Source: a virus. Taken from it: a DNA stretch of 64,000 nt. The notes beneath the pieces are model-generated. The model was not told the origin of the DNA, did not search any database, and was given only the letters and a program-made list of their open reading frames with translations. This document shows, one piece after another, positions 39,475-49,436 of the stretch. The translations under genes were made by a program, and so were the position numbers. Position 1 is the stretch's first letter. The number at the start of each line of letters is the position of its first letter. Location: the IMG/VR virus record IMGVR_UViG_3300021962_000036, positions 55,947 through 119,946 of that record, one strand, 5' to 3'.

Positions 39475-40127
39475 TGAATATTAAACAAGTAGCTTTTCCA
39501 ATAAGTCAATACTTTCAGGAAGAGCATCCAAAGAAACAAATCTATTTACATCACACTGCAGGTAATGCAAGTGGTGAAGCTGTGTTTTTAGGATGGTCAT
39601 CAAACTCTGAAAGAATTGCAACATGCGTTTCTATTTCTGGTATAGGTAAGAATTGTGTAGATGGTCAAATTGTACAGGGTTTTAGCTCTAAATATTGGGC
39701 ATATCACCTGGGATTAAAACAAGATGTGTTTACAAAAGCTGGCGTTAAGTATCAGAGCATAGATAAGATATCAATTGGTATTGAGATTTGTAACTGGGGA
39801 CAGTTAACATTAAAAGACGGTAAGTTTTACAACTATGTAAATAGAGAAGTGCCTGCTAGTGAGGTTTGTACACTTGAAAAACCTTACAAAGGATTCAAAT
39901 ACTACCATAACTATACAGACGCACAGATTGCTAGTGTAAAAGAATTATTACTTTTATGGAAGGAAACTTACAAAATTCCCTTATCTTATAATGAAGACAT
40001 TTGGGACATCAGTAAAAGAGCTTTGTCTGGTGAACCTGGAGTTTACACTCATAATTCTGTAAGAAAGGATAAGGTAGACATCTATCCCCACCCTAAAATG
40101 ATTGAAATGCTGAAAAGCTTATCATAA
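39474..40127 (+). CDS. endolysin, N-acetylmuramoyl-L-alanine amidase (Amidase_2)
   Basis: IYLHHTA, WAYHLG, SIGIEI, YTDAQI, THNSVRKDKVD. Confidence 0.9.
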   Translation: MNIKQVAFPISQYFQEEHPKKQIYLHHTAGNASGEAVFLGWSSNSERIATCVSISGIGKNCVDGQIVQGFSSKYWAYHLGLKQDVFTKAGVKYQSIDKISIGIEICNWGQLTLKDGKFYNYVNREVPASEVCTLEKPYKGFKYYHNYTDAQIASVKELLLLWKETYKIPLSYNEDIWDISKRALSGEPGVYTHNSVRKDKVDIYPHPKMIEMLKSLS

Positions 40128-40177
40128 AATATAAAAAAAGCTATACTTAATAGTTTAGTTGGTTTCTTCTTCTGTTA

Positions 40178-40205
40178 GAAAGTCCCCCTTTTCAGGGGGA
40201 TTTTC
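40178..40205. terminator. bidirectional intrinsic terminator
   Basis: GAAAGTCCCCCT-TTTC-AGGGGGATTTTC between convergent genes. Confidence 0.8.
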
Positions 40206-40207
40206 GT

Positions 40208-40537
40208 TTACATTACTTCAACTATGTCATCAGAATCCACAATGTTGTACTTATCAGGCATTCTGGAGACGTTATTTACAAAATTAAGCATAATAGTCAG
40301 CTCAACAACTTGAGAGTAATCTAGGACCTTATCTGGCTTTGTTTCCCACTTGATTTTTAAGCCATTACCTGAGTCTAAAATTGTAAGTATTACTTCATCT
40401 CTTACATGTTCTGACCATGTACTACTAGAAGAACGTCTTAGAACATACATGTCTTCATCTTCTGGAACATGAATTGTATATTCTACATTGTCATTTTTTT
40501 GGTCTAAAACCAAATATAATTTGTTTTTATTATACAT
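40208..40537 (-). CDS. hypothetical protein
   Basis: 109-aa ORF in the minus-strand operon. Confidence 0.65.
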   Translation of the reverse strand: MYNKNKLYLVLDQKNDNVEYTIHVPEDEDMYVLRRSSSSTWSEHVRDEVILTILDSGNGLKIKWETKPDKVLDYSQVVELTIMLNFVNNVSRMPDKYNIVDSDDIVEVM

Positions 40538-40550
40538 AACACTTAGCTTT

Positions 40551-41195
40551 TTAAAAGAAACCTTCAGTATGTGGAGGATATTCTTCTATATCATTTAACA
40601 AATTTAATTCATTACACAACTCTCTGGCCTTATCAATAAGTTCAGACAATGTTCCAGTGTTTTTAATAACAATTGGAAAGTCAAAATCATCAAGGGCTGT
40701 TTCAGAAGGATGATCACCTGTATCAGAATTTCTTTCAAGGCGTACAAGAATACCTCCTTTGTCTAGTACAGCAGCAGCTTCATTTGGAAAACGTACATCT
40801 GTTATTAACCATCTTGAAGATGCATTAAAATTTGCAAATGTTGCGTTTACCCAAGTATCAGTATGCAAGCCATTTCTCATAGCGTCTGTACCTAACTTTT
40901 GAAGGAATTCTCTGTATGTCATATTCCATTCAGGTCCCATCATAGTTTTCTTAAACTCTTGATCCTCAAACTTATATGCAGGAACTCCACATAAAATAGA
41001 AGCAATTTCTTTAAGCTTGTTTGCAAACTTTTTAATAACCCAGTCAGTTTTTGTAACATATGGATTAGGGTTATGCAAATAATGCTCAACAGTTTGATTT
41101 GTCATGTAAGGTGCTGCAATAAGCAGTCTAATAATTTCAGCAAAAGTATCTTTACCAGATCCTATTTTGCCAGAGATTCCAATTAGATTTTTCAT
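40551..41195 (-). CDS. deoxynucleoside monophosphate kinase
   Basis: GISGKIGSGKDT P-loop, REFLQKLGTD, ITDVRFPNEA, HPSETALD. Confidence 0.9.
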   Translation of the reverse strand: MKNLIGISGKIGSGKDTFAEIIRLLIAAPYMTNQTVEHYLHNPNPYVTKTDWVIKKFANKLKEIASILCGVPAYKFEDQEFKKTMMGPEWNMTYREFLQKLGTDAMRNGLHTDTWVNATFANFNASSRWLITDVRFPNEAAAVLDKGGILVRLERNSDTGDHPSETALDDFDFPIVIKNTGTLSELIDKARELCNELNLLNDIEEYPPHTEGFF

Positions 41196-41356
41196 ATTTT
41201 TTCTGTTTTCCAGGTTTTAAGTCTGCTGATAAGGCTTGATCTAGAGATGTGAAGACGGTACTTCATTCTCAAGTATCTTCTGAGAAGTAACACTTTGTTT
41301 ACGCCTGGCTTTCTGTTTCTAACTTTCAAGTAGGCATCTTTAATTATATCAGTCAT
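41192..41356 (-). CDS. small basic hypothetical protein
   Basis: Likely start MTDII at 41356. ATGA overlap with the kinase gene. Confidence 0.6.
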   Translation of the reverse strand: MTDIIKDAYLKVRNRKPGVNKVLLLRRYLRMKYRLHISRSSLISRLKTWKTEKI

Positions 41357-41383
41357 AAGTTTATAGTTTACTGTTAATAGTAA

Positions 41384-41424
41384 ATAGTAAACAGAGGGAC
41401 GTCTCAATGTCCCCCTGTAACTAT
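41384..41424 (-). terminator. stem-loop/terminator
   Basis: ACAGAGGGAC pairs imperfectly with GTCCCCCTGT, downstream of the DUF932-like gene. Confidence 0.55.
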
Positions 41425-41432
41425 CTTAACAA

Positions 41433-42272
41433 TTAAAAAGGATGTAGTTCTTCTACTTCTTCAACTAAAAATACATCAGGCTCAACTTCAGATGACTCCA
41501 CAGTGTAGTCAACTTCAATGTCAGTTGGGTCTTCAATATCTTCAGTTTCTAATCCTAGCATGTTTGCAAAAACCTCATGCACCGCAGTCTGGTCGTCCAT
41601 CCAGGTTGCAGGATGTGAATCTTTTAGGGACAATGTAATGTGATTATAAAGTGCCCATGCAGAATCATTGTCAACCTTGTACTCAAAAGTTGGCTTTTCC
41701 ATCTCAGAACGTATTTGGTTAAGCTGCATTGTGTTCAAAATTTTACGTTTGAAAAACAATTCACCTAACAAATCATGTTGAGTTGTGCTTGTCAATAATA
41801 CGTCCTTCATTTTATCTTTATGCTCTACTAGATTTTCCCAGTACACTTCAGAATCTTTAATAAAGTCTGCAATTTTACCTTCAGCTAATAAATCAGCAGC
41901 ACCTTTATGCACGCGTTTGTACGCACCAAACTTGTTATTGTTTAGCATCATACCATTGTTGCATACTTTTACTAAACCACCAAGGTTAAAGCGAAAGGCG
42001 TATTGCTTGTTGTAAGAGTTTAAAAAGTTGGCAGACAACTCAATGTCTGGATCAGCTTTATAATTCATTCTGAAGGTTCCTATGGCTACCTGAGCATCGT
42101 TTGAACAACGATACTCTTCACCTGTAATAATGAAACCAGCATTTGTGATTTCAGAACGCACTCTATTAATCACATTACTGTGAGCAATAGGCGTGTATGT
42201 GTCAGTTTTTGCAGGCAAAGCTGCTCCAATCATTCTGGAATAAGCATTCATTCCGTTTATTGTTCTTTTCAT
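41433..42272 (-). CDS. DUF932/DUF945-like protein
   Basis: TYTPIAH, NSYN...VCNNGM, KRVHKG, SAWALYNHIT. Likely start MKRTING at 42272. Confidence 0.7.
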   Translation of the reverse strand: MKRTINGMNAYSRMIGAALPAKTDTYTPIAHSNVINRVRSEITNAGFIITGEEYRCSNDAQVAIGTFRMNYKADPDIELSANFLNSYNKQYAFRFNLGGLVKVCNNGMMLNNNKFGAYKRVHKGAADLLAEGKIADFIKDSEVYWENLVEHKDKMKDVLLTSTTQHDLLGELFFKRKILNTMQLNQIRSEMEKPTFEYKVDNDSAWALYNHITLSLKDSHPATWMDDQTAVHEVFANMLGLETEDIEDPTDIEVDYTVESSEVEPDVFLVEEVEELHPF

Positions 42273-42273
42273 T

Positions 42274-44244
42274 TTAAAAGAGTGTAAGTTGATTAACTTG
42301 ATTGTGAGAAGGAAGTACAAGCGATGTGCTTTCTATCTTTTTAATTTCTTCATAGATCTTATCTAGATAGAATTTTTCATCTATATTGTAGTCTTCCCAT
42401 TTTTTATCTTCAAACTTATTGAAGAGTGTCTGGAGTGTTTTACCACTTTCCAGTTGAATTTCCCTGCCATCTGGGTTACATTTGATTATCTTAATACCTT
42501 TCTCAGAGATATAGTAACGCACAAGCTTCTGCAGCTTTGTTGCTACATATTCATTGTTCTTAATACCTCTTTCTTCAAAGTACCAGTTTCCTCTTAGTTT
42601 TGCACCAGCACAATAGTCAAAGATGTTGCGGTTCTCTTTCAAGAATTCAACAGGGTCTTTTCCATGTACAAAATATGCGTACCAAGCTTTGGAGATAATC
42701 AACAAAGACTTGTTCTTATGAAGAGGTAACTCCTCAAATTCAAAACGTCCTTTGCATTTAGTCTTGCCATCTTTGTAAACTGCTATATAGTTGTTTACAT
42801 CACCAATGATCATTTTCTGATACTCTACAGTTTCAAGTTGAAGCTGTGTAAGTTCTTCCCATTCTTTACAAATCTCATAAAATCTGGCTTCATGCTCATC
42901 ATCTACAAGAAATTCTAAACCATCTGTATTCTGCATCAGAGGAATTGCTGTAGGAATTCTAGTAGCAATCATTTCATAAAGCATACTTAACAACAACTGA
43001 CCATTGATTGTAATTCTAAAAGTAAACTCTGGATCATAAAGAAAAGAATATTTATTCTTACTTAAACCATAAGTTGAGTTTAGAATAATCTTGAACAGAT
43101 AGTTTAGTGGAGAAGATTTTGGGTACTTCTTGCGTTCTTCAAAGAACCATTCATACAGTTCACAGAAATCATGTTTAGGTATGTGAGCTGGAGACCATCC
43201 ATTTTTAATAGCTAGGTTAGGATAGAATGAAGTAACATCTGCACTTAATATCTTCTTTCCATTACCTGCTTCATAAATACCAGACTTGGTACAGCCATGC
43301 AAACCACCTAAACCATAATCAGTAGGTGTGTTTTTGTAATTCATCCTATACTTAGGACCAGATTCTTCCTTTTCAGAATCAATTGCAGTATCTACAACAA
43401 GGCTTTTAAACCAGTTGTGTACAGCATTAAACTCAGGTGTATGAAACTTTACAGAAGGTAATATGATATCTCTAACAGTTACAGTTTCCCTTTCTGTTTT
43501 CATCACTTTGATTTCCTTCTTATTCTTACTCAGCTTTTCGCTTAAGAAGTGCAAAAACATCTCTTTGCTAATTCTTGGCTCACTAGCACTGTGTAAGGAT
43601 AGTTCATACTCAGAACTTAACTCAGCTCTTAAGTTTATCTGACTAGCCATTATCTGTTCACCTTTAGGATTTCTAAGTGTAAAAATCTGTTTGGTAGATA
43701 ACACGTCATTAATACAATAGTTGATTACCATATCTAAAGTAGCTTGGTCTTCAACTCTCTCCCCGTGAGGGTGAGGCATTTCTTCTACATTGTGCCAGTC
43801 CATAGAGAACTGAACCCATTTAAGAGAAGTACGTTTTGCATTACTGTCCCAGTGATTTAACTTAAAAATGTCAAGGCATGGAATAGTCAGTCTAAATTCT
43901 GGATAATCAAGAAATTCACCTTTATTTGATTTGTCAATAATAGTTTTTACATAAGCATATATTCTACCAGCAATCTCTTCACCATCTCTGGAAGAATAGA
44001 ATTCTAAGTTTTCAAGTATATGCTCAGTAATTTGCGCGTCAAACGCAAGATTGTTGTAACCAAAATGCCAATCTTTATTCTGTTGATTCTCTAATAAAAA
44101 CTTGATGTACAAGTGAATATCATTACGGTGTTTACCAATAACAAATATGTGTTGTTCATCAGAATCATAAGAGCGAAAAACAGCAATAAAACAATTGACA
44201 ATGGTTTCATAGTCCATTATCCAAAATTTACGCTGTCTATTCAT
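42274..44244 (-). CDS. DNA polymerase family B
   Basis: Exonuclease motifs DYET, GYNNLAFD, YCINDV. Polymerase motifs DVTSFYPN, KIILNSTYG, NTDG. Confidence 0.95.
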   Translation of the reverse strand: MNRQRKFWIMDYETIVNCFIAVFRSYDSDEQHIFVIGKHRNDIHLYIKFLLENQQNKDWHFGYNNLAFDAQITEHILENLEFYSSRDGEEIAGRIYAYVKTIIDKSNKGEFLDYPEFRLTIPCLDIFKLNHWDSNAKRTSLKWVQFSMDWHNVEEMPHPHGERVEDQATLDMVINYCINDVLSTKQIFTLRNPKGEQIMASQINLRAELSSEYELSLHSASEPRISKEMFLHFLSEKLSKNKKEIKVMKTERETVTVRDIILPSVKFHTPEFNAVHNWFKSLVVDTAIDSEKEESGPKYRMNYKNTPTDYGLGGLHGCTKSGIYEAGNGKKILSADVTSFYPNLAIKNGWSPAHIPKHDFCELYEWFFEERKKYPKSSPLNYLFKIILNSTYGLSKNKYSFLYDPEFTFRITINGQLLLSMLYEMIATRIPTAIPLMQNTDGLEFLVDDEHEARFYEICKEWEELTQLQLETVEYQKMIIGDVNNYIAVYKDGKTKCKGRFEFEELPLHKNKSLLIISKAWYAYFVHGKDPVEFLKENRNIFDYCAGAKLRGNWYFEERGIKNNEYVATKLQKLVRYYISEKGIKIIKCNPDGREIQLESGKTLQTLFNKFEDKKWEDYNIDEKFYLDKIYEEIKKIESTSLVLPSHNQVNQLTLF

Positions 44245-44636
44245 TACATGGGTGTTTCTGTTGTTAGGTCAATAGGTTCATTGATAATATTCAATGCTTC
44301 ATGATCACTGTTTACTGCAAAAGTCAAGATAAATTTTTCAATATCTGTTTTGTTATCAATGTAGTACTCATAATAAGTCTCCATGATTCTGCGTTCTTCA
44401 ACAATTTGTTGACCTTCAGCGCCTCTTAATTGAATTACTTGACCTTTGTCTGATAACTTAGGTAACATTTGAGGTTTGTCTTTTTTATCCTTACTGATAA
44501 CAGCAAGAACTCTTGTGTTAGGATCATAAATTACCTCATTAAATGGGCATTCATGTGACATTGGCATCATACGGAAGCTTTTGCGTCCATACCAGTCTGT
44601 GCTATACACAAACATACATTTGGTTTCTTTTTGCAT
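44244..44636 (-). CDS. hypothetical protein
   Basis: 130 aa, with stop/start overlap to the PolB gene. Confidence 0.7.
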   Translation of the reverse strand: MQKETKCMFVYSTDWYGRKSFRMMPMSHECPFNEVIYDPNTRVLAVISKDKKDKPQMLPKLSDKGQVIQLRGAEGQQIVEERRIMETYYEYYIDNKTDIEKFILTFAVNSDHEALNIINEPIDLTTETPM

Positions 44637-44661
44637 TTGGTTTTTATTAGTATTTAAAGTT

Positions 44662-45222
44662 TTAATTAATCCATTCTAACCCATCAGGGCATTCTTCCAT
44701 AAAGCATTCTTTTTGCTTATCATAATGATCACAAAGTTCACCAACACTTTTAATAAACTCTTCTTCTACATCTAGTATCTGAGCGTATTGTTTAAAGTAT
44801 TTGGTAGGGAACAAGAATGATTCAATGTAAACCCACTCAGGGGTGTGTACTCCATAATAGTCAGTGAGAGCTTTCTTTACAAAAGGAGATAGCTCTGAAT
44901 ACTTTCCTGAAAGAAAAGCATCATAGTCACTTGCCATAGAGTTAAAATCAAAGATATATACAATCTTGTTATTGTCAAGAGGCACACACATGTCTAACAT
45001 TTTGTGTGTGATTAAGTATTCTCTTTCAAATACTTTCCAGTCTTCAGTATTTTTTATCTCATACACACAAATTAGTTTTCTGGAAGAGGCATCATAAGCT
45101 GTCCCACTCCAAGACAAATATGTCTGGAGAGGACGCTGATGTTTGTCTTTTTTGAATCCTAATAATGGATACAAGAAAGTCATAGACTTTTGGAAATACT
45201 TGTTGTATATCTGTGATATCAT
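44662..45222 (-). CDS. hypothetical protein
   Basis: 186 aa, in the replication operon. Confidence 0.7.
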   Translation of the reverse strand: MISQIYNKYFQKSMTFLYPLLGFKKDKHQRPLQTYLSWSGTAYDASSRKLICVYEIKNTEDWKVFEREYLITHKMLDMCVPLDNNKIVYIFDFNSMASDYDAFLSGKYSELSPFVKKALTDYYGVHTPEWVYIESFLFPTKYFKQYAQILDVEEEFIKSVGELCDHYDKQKECFMEECPDGLEWIN

Positions 45223-46265
45223 AGTACTATTTCACCGTTGACTAAAAATTCATAAGGAAGCTCAAAAGATTTATTTTCAAAATGAAAATTAGCTCTGTTA
45301 AGCATCTCATCTGTTTTAACTAACCACTCTTTCATTGTATCATCTGATACTCTGATTGGTGCAATTTGCATATAAGGATCAACAACAACAAATCTAAAAG
45401 ATATTTTGTAGTCTGCATATTCAGCTTTGCTTAAATAAACATGCTCAACCATCTTATAGTACATTGCTGCTTGCATCCAGTAACGATAATACTCAATGCT
45501 GTCTGTAAAAGAACCAATGTCTTTAGAAGTTTTCTTCAAGTCATTAACTCTAATTTCTTTAGCATTACTATCAAATACTAGATTGTCAATAAATCCTCTG
45601 AAACCAAATAAGAAGTTTTCATCAAACATTGCAAGTTCAATTTCATTTTGTTTGGTAATACCATTAAAGCTATCACCAAAGAATCCCATAACATCCATGA
45701 CGTTAGGTTTACTTTTAATTTTGTCAACTACAGAAGTCGCAAAAGTATGTGTGTCATGATCAATAACAGTACGTCCTTCAGCTTTCTTCATGTATTCCCA
45801 ATAAGCAACGTGGTCCTCAGTAATAATTTTATCAAGGCGTTGTGCATCAGTCTTTAAAGATTGGTAAAGGTTCATGTCTGTTAGAATGTCAAGGATTGCA
45901 GGATTAAATTCATGCAATTCTTCTCTTGTATCTCCAGAACTTTTTAGTTCTTTATAATGTGCAAATAAAGTTTGCAATAACTTTTTAGGGTTATCACTTG
46001 GTGTGTTTACTGCACTTAGAACAAACTCTTCATCAAACGATTCAGGTTTGAGTAATAGACAATGAATAAGTTTACCTTCCACCATGTTCTTGTCTTCAGT
46101 GTCTTCTCTTTGACCTAAAACATAGTGACTGTAAAATAAAGCAGGGCTAAACAATAATTTGTTAAGTCCTGAATAGGATAATAAGAAGGGCTTTGAAAAA
46201 AACGCTTCTTCTTTTTGCATACGTTCTGCGAATGCAACATCTGTGGTAAATCTAGCTACTGCCAT
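45219..46265 (-). CDS. PD-(D/E)XK exonuclease (RecE/exonuclease VIII-like)
   Basis: LSYSGL, GKLIHCLLL, RGFIDNL...NDLKKT, YWMQAAMY. Confidence 0.85.
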   Translation of the reverse strand: MAVARFTTDVAFAERMQKEEAFFSKPFLLSYSGLNKLLFSPALFYSHYVLGQREDTEDKNMVEGKLIHCLLLKPESFDEEFVLSAVNTPSDNPKKLLQTLFAHYKELKSSGDTREELHEFNPAILDILTDMNLYQSLKTDAQRLDKIITEDHVAYWEYMKKAEGRTVIDHDTHTFATSVVDKIKSKPNVMDVMGFFGDSFNGITKQNEIELAMFDENFLFGFRGFIDNLVFDSNAKEIRVNDLKKTSKDIGSFTDSIEYYRYWMQAAMYYKMVEHVYLSKAEYADYKISFRFVVVDPYMQIAPIRVSDDTMKEWLVKTDEMLNRANFHFENKSFELPYEFLVNGEIVL

Positions 46266-46269
46266 TTTT

Positions 46270-46725
46270 TTAACATTTACAATTTTCCATATCTCTTGTA
46301 AAGTATCTACCTAAAATATTACCATTGTATGTGTTTGCTTTAAGCACATCATTTTTTACTTGATGTGAAAGTTCACAATAGTTTAAATACTTTTTAGTAC
46401 AACATACTTCCAAGATTTCTCTTTTGAAATTTTCAGGTCCCATTCTAGTTACATCTTCTTTTAAATCTACAGATGAACCATAGTAGGTCATCCAATCAGA
46501 TTCTTTGACTGTTTGCTTGAATATTTTTCTAGTACCTGTTTGTGTTTTTTCTCTTTTGGAGATCCTAGTCTTACGCTTATGGTAAAGACTCTTTTGGCCA
46601 ATGTAAAACTTACCAGTTTTTAAGTTGGTTATTCTGTATATAAAACCAATGACTTCCTCATGATTTGGGATGTCTTCAACTTTTAATACCTTCTTCTTAA
46701 GAGAAGGATAATACCAGTTTGTCAT
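46270..46725 (-). CDS. GIY-YIG endonuclease
   Basis: GFIYRITNLKTGKFYIGQK, YYGSS, ENFKREIL, YNGNI. Confidence 0.85.
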   Translation of the reverse strand: MTNWYYPSLKKKVLKVEDIPNHEEVIGFIYRITNLKTGKFYIGQKSLYHKRKTRISKREKTQTGTRKIFKQTVKESDWMTYYGSSVDLKEDVTRMGPENFKREILEVCCTKKYLNYCELSHQVKNDVLKANTYNGNILGRYFTRDMENCKC

Positions 46726-46760
46726 AAAATAAAGTGTTAAGTTCTACAAAAATAATGAAA

Positions 46761-47768
46761 TTAATCATCATCTGAATGCAATTTTGCATATTTGTCACAA
46801 GCATTATCAAGCTTTGGAACAAACTCATATATTGCTTTTTTAATACCATGTTGTTTGACAATGTCAGCAATGTCTTTTTCTAATGGTAAATAGCAAAATG
46901 GTAGCTTATACTTTTCTTCATAAGCTTTCATTGCTTTAATTCCAGCATCATCGCTGTCAAAAATAGTAACAACAGATTGATATTCTTCTTTAAGTTCAAA
47001 GATAACATCTGGATGTAGCATGCTGTTCTCACTGTCTGGTGCTATAACATCAATGTTTAAGCCCATACTTTTAATTGCCATACAATCTTTTAGTGAAGAA
47101 GCAATCACAATAATTGGTTTCTTTTCTAACTGATCATAACCTTGAATATAATCACAAATTTTAATAAACTTGCGTTCTCTATTCATTGGTTGGTAGATTT
47201 TATAGAGGACGCCATCACTTGTAAAATAACCATATACATACTTACTTACCACTGTGAATTCATCTTCTATTTCATTGTCATTCAATACTTTTTGCATTGT
47301 ATATCTATCCAAAGGAATTACATTGTAATTATTTAGAATTTTACTTGATATATTATATGCAGACCAAAACTTAGCGTCATTTTCATTCCAACCTCTGGTT
47401 CTCCATTTATCAACTTTCCATTTAGAATGTTGAGTTATGTTTGTTTCACATATCTTACCAGTTTTTACGTAGTCAACATAGTCTTTAATCACTCTGTGAG
47501 AAGCATCAGCAAAACTGAGATTCCACATGTGCATCATTAAATCTATTGCACCTCCACCTTTTCCAGTGGAAAAACATTTATACTTATATACCTTATTATC
47601 AGCATTGTAGTATATGTACATGGAAGGTGTTTTGTCATTCAGATTAAAAAGACTATTAATTCTTACACTTTGACCTGTTAATTTTTGTGGTAGACCAAGA
47701 TAGTTTTCAAATATCCAAGCAGATGGTATTGTATTGATATCTGTTATGTAGTGTTTGGATGAAAACAT
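46761..47768 (-). CDS. DNA primase (TOPRIM)
   Basis: DKTPSM...KCFSTGKGG N-domain, SSLKD, FDSDDAG, KDIAD. Confidence 0.88.
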   Translation of the reverse strand: MFSSKHYITDINTIPSAWIFENYLGLPQKLTGQSVRINSLFNLNDKTPSMYIYYNADNKVYKYKCFSTGKGGGAIDLMMHMWNLSFADASHRVIKDYVDYVKTGKICETNITQHSKWKVDKWRTRGWNENDAKFWSAYNISSKILNNYNVIPLDRYTMQKVLNDNEIEDEFTVVSKYVYGYFTSDGVLYKIYQPMNRERKFIKICDYIQGYDQLEKKPIIVIASSLKDCMAIKSMGLNIDVIAPDSENSMLHPDVIFELKEEYQSVVTIFDSDDAGIKAMKAYEEKYKLPFCYLPLEKDIADIVKQHGIKKAIYEFVPKLDNACDKYAKLHSDDD

Positions 47769-47783
47769 AGTTTACAAAAGTAT

Positions 47784-47815
47784 AAAAAAAAAGGGAGAAC
47801 CAAAGTCCTCCCCTT
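47784..47815 (-). terminator. intrinsic terminator overlapping the primase promoter
   Basis: GGGAG/CTCCC stem with A9 on the plus strand (U-tract on minus). A TACTTTTG -7 box lies at 47775-82. Confidence 0.7.
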
Positions 47816-47840
47816 AATTATGTATAGAACAACTCAGATA

Positions 47841-48641
47841 TTACAAATTCAATCCTTCAGGGACGCTAGATGTAACTTCCATTTCTGGAAATGCTGCTGT
47901 GTTTGTCACAGTAGTTCCAGGAAACCCGTTAAGAGTTGATGTAGTACTTGTACCTGTTACAGAAAACATGTCATTTGCAGATTGTCCACCAAACTCAGTT
48001 ACTGGAGCAGCAACTTCTTCAGTTTTTACAATGATGTGTTTAGCAGCATCATACTGAATAAAGTTTATCATGTTACCTTCAGCATCTTCCAATACAGAGT
48101 AAGGGAAGTCTTTACCTTCTTGTTTAGGGAAGAATAAACGGTAGTTAGCTTTGTCATAACCTTCAGTAAAGTATTCTTGACCACCAATAGTAAAACTAGC
48201 AAATGGACCATTCTTCAAAATAAAGCTACGTACTGCTTCTACATACTCTTCAATTGTTGCAGCAGAGATACCGTCACCAGCATTCATTGCGTTAAACACA
48301 TTAAGTTGTTTAGCCAAGTTGTTAATCCAACGGAAGATTTGCTCATCACGTTTGATTTCTGTACCATTGTAAGTGTAGTCACTAAAAGGGTAACGTCCAT
48401 TGCGTACATTACCAATCTGTCCTTTGTAGTTTCCTAGTGCAGGATTCATTTTGTCAATAGGTAGTCCAACAAAATCAGGACGCTCAGGACCTTCTAAAGT
48501 TACAACTACAAAATACGCATCTTTTTTGTAAGCTGGTGCGTCAAGCTTAATGTCTACAATACGACATACATGTGTACCTGGAGTTAGGATTTTTGGTGCA
48601 TTTGCACCTGCGTTTGGGTTGAAATTACTAGATTTAAACAT
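47841..48641 (-). CDS. putative single-stranded DNA-binding protein
   Basis: N-terminal PGTH.CRIVDI beta-rich part and a low-complexity acidic tail. Lies between the Sak4-like ATPase and primase (context inference). Confidence 0.5.
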   Translation of the reverse strand: MFKSSNFNPNAGANAPKILTPGTHVCRIVDIKLDAPAYKKDAYFVVVTLEGPERPDFVGLPIDKMNPALGNYKGQIGNVRNGRYPFSDYTYNGTEIKRDEQIFRWINNLAKQLNVFNAMNAGDGISAATIEEYVEAVRSFILKNGPFASFTIGGQEYFTEGYDKANYRLFFPKQEGKDFPYSVLEDAEGNMINFIQYDAAKHIIVKTEEVAAPVTEFGGQSANDMFSVTGTSTTSTLNGFPGTTVTNTAAFPEMEVTSSVPEGLNL

Positions 48642-48675
48642 ATTTATTTGATTTTAATTGTTTACTTGTTATTAA

Positions 48676-49431
48676 TTAGTCAATGAATATTTTGTCCCAT
48701 GAGGTAGTGACAGAACCATCAGCGTTTACTTCAGAAACTACAATCTCTGCGTTTCTCAAATGTTCTGGACGTGCGCCACAAGCAATCTCATCTGCAGTTT
48801 TAAAACTTAAGATGTTCTGATTTCCTTTGCGATATAAATATCCAATAGCATCTGAGTTAGAAGTTGTGATACGTTTCAACTTACCTGTCAAGTCAAGGTC
48901 AAGAGAATTAAATTCTGCACCATTCTTTTCAAGAAGTGTATCTTTAATGTGCCCTACAAGAATAACATGTGGAGCAAGTGTCTTGATGTAGTCAACAATT
49001 TTCTCAAATGCTTGACGTAACCAAGGATAACCAGCACCATTTGCCATGTTTAAAATAGAACCATATTCTGCTTTGCCTTTGGTAAACCATGATTTACCCA
49101 TTGCACTTTTAGAATAAAGCTCTTCTGCATATGGAATACACATTTCTTCCAATGCTGTGATTGTGTCTACAGCAATAAACTTGTAAGGTTTTCCTGCATC
49201 TGTAATTGCTTTACCAATCTTGGCAATATCAGCAACGCTGTTTGCTTTGACCTTAAGAGCATCTACATAGTCAGTACCATTTTCCAAGTCAATAATCAAA
49301 CAGTTATCAAGTTGGGCCAGCAAAGTTGTTTTTCCAACTTTAGGCTTACTGAAGATAATCATGTTCTTTGGACTTTTTGTTGTTGCCTTCACAATTTTAG
49401 TAGGAAGGACAAACTCAGTTGATTCTGCCAT
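48676..49431 (-). CDS. AAA ATPase, Sak4-like recombinase
   Basis: SKPKVGKTT, IIDLENG, AVDTIT, ILVGH, DAIGYL. Confidence 0.85.
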   Translation of the reverse strand: MAESTEFVLPTKIVKATTKSPKNMIIFSKPKVGKTTLLAQLDNCLIIDLENGTDYVDALKVKANSVADIAKIGKAITDAGKPYKFIAVDTITALEEMCIPYAEELYSKSAMGKSWFTKGKAEYGSILNMANGAGYPWLRQAFEKIVDYIKTLAPHVILVGHIKDTLLEKNGAEFNSLDLDLTGKLKRITTSNSDAIGYLYRKGNQNILSFKTADEIACGARPEHLRNAEIVVSEVNADGSVTTSWDKIFID

Positions 49432-49436
49432 TTTGT

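Noticed and set aside
35295-47768. Introns or inteins in nrdA, nrdB, PolB or primase, and GIY-YIG as an intron-encoded enzyme
   Set aside because: All are uninterrupted and of compact length. The GIY-YIG gene is free-standing between primase and exonuclease.
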